DNA from: Gordius albopunctatus
Lineage: Eukaryota
NCBI GenBank assembly: GCA_964276515.1
Contig: OZ193909.1
Location: forward strand, 8,556,001-8,620,000
Length of the DNA: 64,000 nucleotides
Reading direction: 5' to 3'
Notes under the pieces: generated by a model
Databases searched by the model: none
What the model saw: only the letters and a program-made list of their open reading frames with translations
What the model was told of the DNA's origin: nothing
Made by a program: the position numbers and the translations under genes
Shown: piece by piece, positions 39,054 to 51,300 of the stretch
Numbering within the stretch: the first letter of the stretch is position 1
Layout of the letters: each line of letters begins with the position of its first letter

Positions 39054-42000
39054 GTGCTCTCGTTATCGTGTCTATAATTATATTAAATAAAAAGGGACTT
39101 AAAGCAGAGCCTTGATGTAATCCAATATTAACCCGAAAAGGTTTAGAGTCTCCAACTGTCGTCCTAACGCAAGAGTTTGAGGCTTCATAGATATTTTTCA
39201 TAAGCCGTATATATGCGTCAGGGATATTTTGTTTCCTCAGGCACCACCATATTAAATCGCGGGGGACCGTGTCATAAGCTTTCTCCAAGTCGATAAAAAC
39301 CATATGTAGATCTTTCCTCTTTTCACGATACTTATCCATCATTTGTCTTAGGGCGAAGATTGGGTCGATTGTGGATTTGCCGGCCACGAATCCGAATTGA
39401 TTAGCCGATATTTCCACCTCGTTTTTCAGCCTTGTTACTAAGATCCTTTCCAAAAGCTTAAAGGAGTGGCAAGTTAGCTTGATACCTCTGTAATTGCCGC
39501 AGTCCTGAGGGTCTCCTTTCCCTTTGAATAAGGGTATAATCGTGCTTGCTCTCCATTGATTAGGGATTCGCTCTTCTACCAATATCTTGTTAAGGAGGTT
39601 CGTCATGGTGGTGACTCCTTCTTCACGACATCCGAGCAATGCTTCCATAGGTATTCCATCTGGGCCATTTGCTTTTCCTTTTTGCATCTTGTTCATTTGT
39701 GTCCTAACTTCATCCTTCTGAAAGAGTTCGACCATACTTATATTTGGCTCAATTTCGGGAAGGGAATCCTTGTCATTTGCAATATTCATAAGTTTCTTAA
39801 AATATCCTTTCCACCTTTCCATCACTTCCTTCGGCTTGAATAAGGTTTGACCCTTCTCGCTTTTGACTATTTTAAGAACTCCGACATCTCGACTTTTCTT
39901 CTCCCTTATCTTGGCCAATTTGTACATAAGCCTATCGCCCCCTTTATGATCCAGTTTGTTTGCCATCTCGGTGTACGCAGCATTCTTCGCTTTTGCAACG
40001 GCCTTTTTTGCGGCCCTCTTTGCGTCCCTGTACTCTTGATAATCCTCCGACTTTTTTGATTTATGCCAACGTCTATATAGATTTTTCTTTATTTCGATGA
40101 AATCTTTAACTGATTGATCCCACCACCATAGTTCCCTATTCATAGCTTTGCCTCCTTTGGTCTGTCCTAGAACACGAATCGCTGTTTCCTTAATGTCCTT
40201 AGATAGCGTTTCCCAATCTTCGTCTACGTCCCTTTGCAACTTCCTTGCACCCAAGAGTGAGGAGGCTTTTTGATGGTATTCTTCGTTCGTCGACGTATTC
40301 TTTAGCCTTTCGTATCGAATTCGAGGTTCATATACCTTTCCTCTTTCGGGAAATACTCTTCTGTCAAGATCCATAACAAGGGGACGATGTTGCCTGGCGA
40401 TTTCTTCTCCCGGTATTACTTTGCAATCTTTGATACTCCATAAGTCCTTTCGCCGTATAAGCAAATAGTCGATTTGACTAAAATGCTTCCCACTTCAATA
40501 GGTCACAATATGATCTTCGCGCTTTTGAAAATAGGTGTTAACGATCGCCATGTCATATGCTTGGGATACTTGGAGAAGTTTTTCCCCTTCTTTGTTCTTC
40601 AGACCATGCCCATAGCCTCCATGATTGCGTTTATACCCGAGGCGATCTTTCCCTACGTGAGCGTTGAAATCGGCCCCAATAATTAGCCTTTCTTCCTGTC
40701 GGATTCCTTGTATTTCCTTTTCCAATGATTCGAAGAATATGTCTTTCTCTGATTCCGAACACCCAATTTGGGGAGCATACGCGCACATAACGGTTAGGAG
40801 GCCCCCTTGATCTGCAATCTTCACCCACATTAGCCTGTCGGAACAACGTTTGACTTCCACCACCTTGTCATTGAACGATTCGCTTAGAACGATACCGACC
40901 CCGTTTCTACGATTTGGTGACCCACTGTAGAAAAGCTTGTATCCTTAATCCTTCTCCTAATTCCCGAGCTTTCGTTCCGTTCCACTTCGTCTCTTGTAGG
41001 CAGGCGATGTGTACCTTTCTTCTTTTTAACATCTGTGCGACCTCGATGCTCTTCCCCGTCAACGTTCCCACATTCCAGCACGTAATTCGCATTCTTTCCA
41101 CAACTAGTTTCCTTAACCGCCTTCGTTGTGAGTTGTGCAGTAACCCTAGTGTATTTTTCACATTGCACGGGCGGGGTATGCAGTGCGCGTCGTTTGTGGA
41201 GGACGCCCTAGCCTTTTCTTGTAAAATCTCGTTTGAAACTATCATAAATTTTGGAGTTGATTTTATAATTATAGACACGATAACGAGGGACTTTCAAAAG
41301 CCATCGCCATGGTGTATGCTTTATGCCGATGATATAGTACTATGCGAGGAAACAAGGGAGAAGGTATTCGAAGAAGCAGAAAAGTGGTCAAAGTGCTTAG
41401 CTGGATATGGTTTAAAGGTCAACGATCGAAAAACGGTATACATGGAAATGAAGGGTACAAGCACCCCATCGCTGGATGACCACCTAAAATACCCAAAAGT
41501 AGACAGGTTTAATTACCTCGGCTCTATGCTACATCAAGAGGGAGGTTGCGCAACTGAAATCAATGCCCGGATTCAAAAAGGATGGCCTAAATGGCGAAGT
41601 ATATCCGGTGTAATGTGCGACAAGAAAATGCCAATATGGTTGAAGAGCAAAGCTTACAAATCCATCGTAAGACCGGTGTTACTCTATGGAAGTGAAACAT
41701 GGGCATTAAACACCACTGAAGGAAAGTTATTACAAGCCACGGAGATGAGAATGATACGGTGGAGCTTGGGGTATACTAAGCTCGACCATATGACGAATGA
41801 CTTTCTCATGACAAAAATGGGTATTCAACCTATGGCGGACATGATTAACGAAAATCGGCTAAGGTGGTATGGGCATATACTAAGAAGGGACCCGGATGAC
41901 GTAAATCGAAAAGTGCTAGACATGAAAATACCGGGGAAGAGAGGAAGAGGACGACCCCGTGTCACGTGGAAAAGGCAAGTCGATAAAGTTATGGAAACTA

Positions 42001-42106
42001 AAGAGATTCGTCAAGACATGGCACTAACCCGGTCAAGATGGAAGAGACTCATCAAAACAAACCCCACCAATGTGGGACCAAATAACTGATAAAGAAGAAG
42101 AAGAAG
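39054..42106. mobile_element. RTE family B copy 2 with 5' inversion (39059-41267 minus, 41264-42106 plus)
   Basis: Near-identical to copy 1; TSD ATTTGATT at 39046-39053 and 42107-42114; (GAA)n tail; TATA microhomology at the inversion point. Confidence 0.95.
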
Positions 42107-43130
42107 ATTTGATTCCTCTTTGGATATTGTGAAATGTTTCAGTAGCTTGTTCTTTTTTAAATTGCATGCTGGGGAAAAACTCATCGTCTAAAATTTTCAT
42201 ATTATATAAGCTAAATAAATACATAATTACTTCTTCGAATAACACTATGTTAATGTTTTAATAAGATTATACTATAAATTTGAAATTAGCGCGAAGCGGA
42301 TAATTAGGTGCGTAAGTAATTTAAAATCAAAAGTTCAAAATCATATTAATTTCATTTAATATCTTAAATTTAAATTTCATGAAATAAGTTTTTTAAATAG
42401 TTAAATTTAACTTAATAGTAAAAAATAAAAATTAAAGTCGAGATCTCGCCGATAAAATCTCGTCTCGTCTCGTCTCGAGGTCAAAATTCTCGTCTCGATC
42501 TCGACTCAATTTTTCAAAATCTCGTCTCGTCTCGTCTCGGTTTTTCGAGACGAGACGAGACCGAGATTTGTCTCGGTTTTTCCGCATCACTAATCTCAAT
42601 TAGCATGAGGCATGCCTTTTACATATTCGTCTGCTTCTAATTAGTGCTTTACACAAACCATTAATTAGGCGTCTCCCTCAGACGATAAGTAGTTTTCAAC
42701 ATTTTATTCACACCACTAATTAAATTACTTCCAAAATTAATTGGCAACATACAACAGTCACCCTAAAATAAATACCAACCTTGAAATCAAATACCATGCC
42801 AGTCTATTAAATTAATCACCCCCCTCGTTGAGTGTTTGCCGAAACTTACTTTAATCTCCAAATGTCCAATTTCGCTCATACCACACCTAAAACAAAATAT
42901 GATTTAGATATGGTCCGTGACATTGTCAACAAACTCAGTGTAAGCATAGACACATGCGACATGATATTACACGAAGATGCCTCAATTAACTTTTTCGTAC
43001 ACGGGTCGTCCTCTTCTTATGTTCCTCAGTACTTCCATGTTCAGTACTTTTCGTTGTTAATCATGTCCGCCATAGGTTGTGTCGTGTCCTCACAAAAGTT
43101 ACGGTTCTCTCCTCCCTGAACCCCCCACCT

Positions 43131-43303
43131 AGCTGCTATACACACGCGTTTTAATACCGTACTTATTCGATCAAAACCCCCCACCCGTACTTATATTCAC
43201 AAAGGTTGTAAAACTGCGTATCGCATACACCCCCCCCCCCCCGCGTTCCACTTATCGCGGATACCCTTTTTTGATCGTACACGCGTTAATTAATATAGCT
43301 CCT
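43131..43303. mobile_element. Harbinger-like MITE inside RTE copy 3
   Basis: Imperfect TIR AGCTGCTATAC..ACGCGT/ACGCGT..TATAGCTCCT with internal C-runs. Confidence 0.45.
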
Positions 43304-45621
43304 ATCTTTAAAACGTAGAATATATATATAACATCTGCTGTACTGATTTTAATAGTATTTATGTCTACACAATCTTCCCTCCCTGGCCTTACTACTTCAT
43401 AAGGGGTACTTTTACTTTCCATTTAAATTTCCAGTACGGATTTGTTCCTCTTACTTTTATTATTGCTATCCACACGCATCAGTAAACAACGCCCTAGATG
43501 GGATAACAATTTTTCTGTATTTTTCACGTACACTCTCAAATTCTTGAAAACCTGTTTTGTTTTTTTTTGGAATAAAATAAAGCGTTTGATCATTCTAAAA
43601 AGGTTGATTAATCATTTTTATCATGAGAAAGTAATTCTTCATAGGTCAAGCTTGATGTACTATAAGCTCTACCGTATAATTCTCATCTCTGCGGCTAGTT
43701 ATAGCTTTTCTTTCATGTTGTTTAATGCCCATGTTTCCCTTCAATAGTGTAAAACTGGTCTTAAGATGTATTAGTAAGGTTTGCACTTCAGTTATGTTAG
43801 CATTTTCTCGTCGCACATTACACCGGATACTTTGCCATTTAAGCCATTATTTTTGGATCCGGGCATTGTTGCGCAATCCCCTTCTTGATGTAGCATCAAG
43901 CGAGGTATGCTAAGCTGTCTAGTTTTGGGTACTTTAGATGGTTATATAGCGATGGGGTGCCTGTAACGTTTATTTTCATGTATACCGTTTTTCGATCGTT
44001 GACCTTTAAACCATATCCAGCTAAGCGCTTTGACCACTTTTCGGCTTCTTCGAATCACATATTCGACAATCCTTCCCATTATTGTGTCCATAATCTTATT
44101 ATATAAAAAGTCTCTTAGAGCAGATTCTTGATGTAATCCAATTTCAACCCGGAAATATTTAGAGTCTCGAACTGTCGTCCTAATACATGAATTTCCGTCT
44201 TCATAAATAATAGCTAGCGACCGTGTCATAAGCTTTCTCCAAGTCGTTAAAAATTATATATAAGCCCTTATCTATCATTTGCCTTATTTATTTCCACCTA
44301 GCTTTCTTTTTACCAAGATCCTTTCCATAAGCTTCAAGGAGTGACAACTGACAAGTTAGCTTTACATCTGTAATTGCCACAGTCCTTGGGTCTCCTTTCC
44401 CTTTAAATAAAAATATATTCGTGCTTGTTCTCCATTTATGAAGAATTCGCTCTCTACCAATATTTTGTTGTTCGTCATGGTTGTGACTCCTTCTTTATGG
44501 CATCTGAGCAATGCTTCCATAGGTATTTTATCCCTAACTTCATAATCTTGAAAGAGTTTACCATACTTATGTTTGGCTCAATATATGGAAGTGAATCTTT
44601 ATCATTTGCAATATTCATAAGTTTCTTGAAATATCCTTTCCACCTTTGCAGCACTTGCTTAGGGTTGAATAAGGTTTAACCCTTCTCCCTTTTGACTATT
44701 TTAAAAACTCCAACATCGTAACTTTTATTCTCCCTTATCTTGACCAAATTATGCATAAGCCTATTCGCGGCTCTATATGCCTCCTATACTCTTGATAATC
44801 CTCCGACATTTTTGCTTTATGACACCGTCTATATATGTTTTTTATCTATCGATTAAATCCCTAACCGATTCATCCGACACCATAGTTCCCTATTCATACC
44901 TTTGCCGCCTTTGGTTTGCCCTAGAACTTGAATCGCTGTTTCTTTTATGCCCTTAGTTAGCGTCTTCCAACCGTGTCTACGTCCCTTTTTACCTTGCACC
45001 CAAGAGTCAGGAGACATTTTGATGGTGTATTTTGTTATCGAATGTGAGGTTCATAAACCTTTCTTCGGAAGATACCTTTCTGCTAAGATCCATAACAAGG
45101 TGACGATATGATCTTCCCTTTTGCAAATAGGTGTTAACGATCGTCATTTCGTATGGTTGTGATATTTGAAGAAGTTTTTCCCATCTTTGTTCTTCAGATC
45201 ATGCACATAGCCTCCATGATTTCGTTCATACCCACGGCGATCTTTCCATACGTGAGCGTTGAAATCCGCTCCAATAATTAGCCTTTTCCTGTCCGATTCC
45301 TTGTATTTCCTTTTGCAATGAGTAAAAGAATGTCTTTTTCTGATTCTATACACCAATTTTGGGGAGCATACGCGCACATAACGGTTAGGAGGCTCCCTTG
45401 ATCTGCAATCTTCACCCACATTCACCTGTCGGAACAACGCTTGACTTCAACCACATTGTCTTTGAACAATTCGCTTAGAACGTTATCGACCCCGTTTTTA
45501 CGATTTGGTGAAACACTGTACAATATTTTGGTTCCGTTCCATCTCGTCTCTTCTAGGCAGGCGATATGTACATTTCTTCTTTTTAGCATTTTTTTCGACC
45601 TCGATGCTCTTTCTGGTCAAC

Positions 45622-45817
45622 TAGTGTTGTAAAAACGGCTCGGTTTTTCTGTCGACATTTACTCAACTAAATATAAATCGACAAAAGGTTTTTTGGTCAA
45701 GCCTTTGGTCTATATATGCGACTAAAAAAACATACCAAAAAATCTTTGGTTTGTTGATGTTTGGTCGACTAAAACCAAAAGTCGACGAAACAAAATCCAT
45801 CCGGTTTCACAATACCA
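45622..45817. mobile_element. MITE, TAGTGTTGTAAAAA family
   Basis: Interrupts collinear RTE sequence; TSD TGGTCAAC/CCGTCAAC; GTCGAC repeats. Confidence 0.8.
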
Positions 45818-48327
45818 CCGTCAACGTTTCCACATTCCACCACGTTATTCAAATTTTCAACTTATTTCATTAACAGCCTTCGTTGTGAGTTGGGCAGTAA
45901 CCCTAGTATATTTTTCACATTATCGTTTGTGGAGGACGCCCTAGCTTTCTGTTGTAAAGTTTTGTTTGAAACTATCATGATTTTGGAGATGGTTTATATA
46001 GCCGGTTTCCGACCATTCGCCAACCCTCCACTTTTTGCACACGGACTTGGGACCGTCGTAGGTAGTGTTCGCTCTCCACTTAATAAAAAACTCTCACACT
46101 TCCAAGAAATTAGTGACCCCGCTTTTCGAGGGAGGCGCCTTTACCATTCATAACACTTCCTATATTCCCACGTCATGGTTTTCAAGATTACGACCGATTT
46201 TTGGGTTTTATTTCTGTCAAGCTATTATAAAATATGACATCGGCAACGACATTATGGATGTGCAACTACGCGGCTCCTTCATCCTCTCAAATATAACCTC
46301 ATGCAAAAAGTGTCAAAAATCTGCAGGCTAAACATCAAAGCTGCTAGTCTACATGGTTGCTACGTTGACAACCTCGACTCATCTATACTTTAACTAACAC
46401 TTACGATTGTAGCGTGCCCTAACTCTCATATATTCCGCTCCGTTAATTGCCCTAATCTCATAACCCTATCAAGTATAATTTGATAAATGATAGAATCCTG
46501 CTTCTCAGTGCACTAGATTGATCAGTAGTACAAAAAAATGCTCGAGAGGCGAGTCTAAGTAGCAAAATCTGCTAAAGCAATGGGCAGATTGCCTAAGCAG
46601 AAACTCGAGCAGATAGCAGATTTAATAGAAGCAATTGCTTCGAGTTAGTAACTTTCTACTTATAGTATATCATAAAGCTATTATATTATAATTATGTAAG
46701 AAATTAATCATGTTGGCAATGTTAAGGATTGCACGAAATTGAGATGATTTATATTTTATTTTTTTTAGACTATATGTAATTATTTCACTTTTGAGAACTT
46801 TTTTGAAAATAAATAATTTGTACAGGTTAAATTCAAATAAGTGCGAATTAATATAGGGGATCTCAATTACTCTGTTGGTCATACTAATTGTGATGACGAC
46901 AACTTTCCATAACTCGTTGTGTTGCATTAAAAGAAATGGAATTTTTTAAATAATATAAGGAACATAGATGGAGAATCTCTTCAACCTTTTCTACACTTCC
47001 CATTGTTCAGCTGGCTATTTTTTCGGAGGAATAACAACTCTTGGCCAAGCCAAATTTATCACTTGCTCTATAACGCGCGTCATCATAATAATGTCAAAAA
47101 CTTCAATGCAATTTTGGATCCCATAACAGATAATGCTGATCATTGTGCTATTAACGCGGAAATTGTCATAAAATCTGCCAGCCTAAGAGTATCCTCCTAA
47201 CGCACCAACATTCAGGCCAGTGCCTATACAATATCGAGTTTTTAGATTTTACTATTCTAGGCGAATAGTATATTTATTTAATTTCTGATTCCTACATTCT
47301 GAACTTTCTTTATTTATTTTCAACAAGAAAAAGAATGATAATAATATATAATATATCCGCAATCGCGATGGCAATAAAAGCGAGTGGTAAATGTAAAATC
47401 ATCGTTATGCGTAAAAATTAATTTGATCGTGTGTGTGGGGTATAATCGTAGCATATAGTATACGTGTATGGGGGGAATAAACATTTTGGCACATTTCCAA
47501 AATAAATGTTTTTTAAATCAAACTTCTGAGTAAAAGGGGTCATAAAAATAGAAGTAAGCGGGGGGGGGGGAGTTTAGAATAAATTAATATAAATCGATAT
47601 ACCATACCTACCCCTTTAAAGAGATGAACACGGCATACTGCAATTTTGTAATATCCAAATTCATGCTTTTTGACATCAACATTGATATTAACATTGATAC
47701 TGATATTGATATCGACATGGATATTGACATTGACACTACTTACCGAAACCAAGGATACGGATTTTTTAGACAAGTCCCGTTCCTTAAAAATCCCAAGGAT
47801 GACTCAATGAGTTCAGAGCCTTATAAACCCGAGGTTGACTCAAAGAGTTCAGAGCCCCGTAAATACCCGGTTTAGTAGTACAATTTCTAACCAAAATTTT
47901 CCGTCATTTCCTTCCTTCCAAATATTAATATAATCCACTTTACAAATATCGCCGTCTCCATCGCCATTCATTTCTAATTTCATAAAAATCATGCTCAAAT
48001 CGCTAAATAATATTCAAAGAAACGCGGGGGGGGGGTTTGTTTCATATTGATTAATAACAATATAATCGTCATACAATTAATATATGTGAATAATTCAAGT
48101 AAATTATCTTAAAATAACCTTTAAGTAGCACAATAAGAATTTAGGCCTTGTGAATTAATTACGGATGATTTTGAATAACTGATACTTCTGTTTAAATCAT
48201 TTGTTAACTCCTTCGTTGGACCGTTCTGTTGTTAGTTAGTTGCTCGAATAATCAGTGTGAATATATTTTCCTTTTGTTTGATACCGGAATCAGGATATTG
48301 GAATTTCCATTGCGGATGTGGCTTCAT

Positions 48328-48502
48328 CAGTATTCTGACACCATTTTCGTATTTATAAAAATATTTATTTATTTTCTAGCTACAATGTAGTAGTACAAAA
48401 AATAAAGCTACTTAATATTCGCGGTAGTTCTAGAAAATAAATACATGTAGCTAGAAAATAAATAAATATTTTTATAAATACGAAAATGGTGTCAGAATAC
48501 TA
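48328..48502. repeat. Inverted repeat with ~56-bp perfect arms (MITE or hairpin)
   Basis: AGTATTCTGACACCATTTTCGTATTTATAAAAATATTTATTTATTTTCTAGCTACA and its exact inverse. Confidence 0.85.
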
Positions 48503-50379
48503 CATAGATTGACTACGTCTTAATGTTAAAAAACTGATCTTTCAGAGCTCACTAATAACGAACATAATCTTTAAATATAAAAAATAATTGAAAATATTTT
48601 TAAGGGACAACAATTCTAATGCCAATGAGGGCAAGATAACGACACTTTCAAAGTATAGCCACCGCTGGCTTATATGTGGCAAATACATAACTAGCTTTAC
48701 ATGGTATTCTAAGACCTGCACTTGGTAAAGATTGAAACCCAATGTGGTATATTATTAATGATAGAAATTCGTGGAGTTCCTAAATAGTCACAATTTCCCT
48801 CTTTCTCATTAGGATATATCTTAAAGCGTTTTTCTTTAACTTTCAACATCTTGACTCTCCTCCAGCACACTATTAAGAGAGAAAAGAGTGTTCAATCATA
48901 GCTTTTGAAAGACAACGCTCTTTTGCTCTCCTTACTTCGCTTCGCATGCAACTAGCCTCACTTACCTATATATTTTTTCACCACTCTTGCAATTGATTTT
49001 GTACCTTTTTATAATTTGATGGTTTTTGTCAAAAATTTGTCGATTTTTTTGCTAAATTTTTTAATGAGGAACCAACAATTAAAAAAAACCAAAAAAACTT
49101 TTTCGGGGTTTTAAAATATAGAGTGACATTTTTGTTAATTTTAGTTAAGAATATTTTTAAGGTGTAAATTAAAATATTTATTGGATTATTTAGTAAATAA
49201 ACTTTTAAAATTTGTAAAATGTAATAACTAAATTTTTTTAAAACAATCAATATTTCAATCAAATTCATGGACACAGCTAGGGCGGGGCGCCCCCCCCCCC
49301 TAAATGACGGAATTTTTTTTCCAATGCAAAAGCCCTTACAAATTATAAAAAATTATGAAGGTAAAGATAAACGCTGTATATCTTCTCCTTATTCACTGCT
49401 CAACAACTAATAGTCCATTATAAAGTCTTAAAGTATATTTATATCCTTATTTTATCATGCTATATACACTGAATATTAACCATATTTGTTAGAGGAGCAG
49501 TTATACAATTAAAACTAACGGGCCTTATGCGCCATATGGTGTAAGAGGGAGCCTCAACATTACACTGCGCACTAAGCTCTTAGGCGTCTTCGGGATAAAA
49601 GACACAAAAAATATACCCATTCTCGATACTTCATCTCTATAATGTACATGACTATTGTTAATTTATTTGTTTTATTGCTAAGTCATGCAAATATTATTTA
49701 TTGATTGCTAAGCCATGCAATATAATTTTTATTTTTATTCCCTCCAATAAAAAATTGCTTTATTTTGCCCTGATCGAATCCCGCGCCATCATTACTGGTT
49801 TATTTTATTTTATTTTTTTATTTTATTTTTTTTTCGATTTTAATTTACAATTATTTATGCAAATGTACAGTACATACTTATCTTATAATATAGTTACATA
49901 ATAACTGTTAATCAATTTTTCACAACAAAAGAAAGCTGGCTCATCAAAGAGCTCTAGTTACAGTTTAAATATACATAGCTTATATGTAGATTTATCGTAT
50001 ACATGGTCAGAGGAGCAATGTTATTATACGTAATTATAGATCAAAGTTCTTTAATTTAATGAGGATTGCATGTCACAAATAGTAAATAAAAAATATAGGA
50101 TATTTGAAGAAAATAGATACAATCTAAATTTTGCCTATTATTCCCCTAATATATATATTTTTATAACATTCACCCACGCTTTTAGTCTAACACCCAATTC
50201 TTTGAATCTAGGATCGATAGCGCTATTGTGTAATTTTTTCTCTTCTCAATCCCCTATCATAACGGTTTTATTTATAAACGACTCAGCCAGCCTATATCGA
50301 TCCTAATAAGTATTTGCCAAAAAGGACAAGTTTTTACGAATTACTGACATCCTGTAGATAATCTTGATGATTGTTTTTA

Positions 50380-51300
50380 CTTAATTACTTTCCCTCTCCC
50401 TCCTTATCTCCCTTAATCTATGCTAACGGAGGCGGACATTGGTAACTAAATCAATAAGTTTAAATGTGAAGCACCTCGGCAAAAATTGTGAAAATACTTC
50501 CTAAGCAAGCTGAAATCCACAAAGGTGGGACTCAATTCTCTGTCGTGATGAAAAGAAAAGTCTCAACTCCCCACATCATCTACCCATTAGCCTGACGCCA
50601 AAACTAGTGAACCATAGAGAGCCTTCGAGTCCTGCCACAGTCTCAAGGGAGAATCAATAATTAATTACGCCTTTACATACTAACACACTAACAAATGAAC
50701 ACGAAAGAATTAAACGGCATAGTACTTCAACCCGACCAACTAGATGCAACCTTTTTTAGACAGGAACGCTTGGAAAATGTTTGTCACCAATCACCTAGTT
50801 TACAAGTTTTCTGTCAACACGTCAAGAAAATTAATTAACATCCGTAAACCACCAAGCCCTATTCCCACAGTCTGACAATGATTCAATCAGGTACCAGTGT
50901 GGAACCGAACGAAGTAAAGTATCTCTTATCTCCAGTAGTTGCCGTAGATGGTATGTTAATTTTTGTTTGACTTATGATTTATATAAACCGAGAGTGATGC
51001 CTAATGACTTGCGACACCTCTATGCTTATGCCTTCACCATTGTGACTTCTAGTCCAATGCAAGAAGGTGTCAGATGGGACTCAACCTTAGTTTGCCGATT
51101 CGGCCAAGCTCTAGAATGTCATCGGGGCAAATACATATTTACATTGCATAATAAATACATTTGTTACAGGAATAAAATCACACGTTAGCAATAACGTGGC
51201 TTTATGCGCCATTTGGCGTGAGAAGGGGTTCAACCTTAGATTGCACTTACTAAGTCTTGGGCGTCTTCGGGGCAAAAAAAAAATACATACATACATACAA
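50380..51300 (+). pseudogene. Heavily decayed non-LTR retrotransposon 3' part with (CATA)n tail
   Basis: Traces of PISLT-like RT sequence; 3' end 51197-51298 resembles 49520-49610. Confidence 0.4.

Larger units (their letters stand above)
37584..42592 (-). mobile_element. hAT deletion derivative (GAGAC family) containing the end of a second hAT and an RTE insertion
   Basis: Ends TAGTGTTTCG.../...GCATCACTA; perfect TSD ATCTCAAT; BED finger KHFTISKEESNKMGKCKFC...LQRHLKRYH split by the RTE. Confidence 0.92.
43002..46063 (-). pseudogene. RTE family B copy 3, old, with many deletions and nested insertions
   Basis: Collinear similarity to copy 1 from GGGTCGTCCTCTT to GGGACCGTCGTAGGT; interrupted at ~43081-43600 and 45622-45817. 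Confidence 0.9.
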
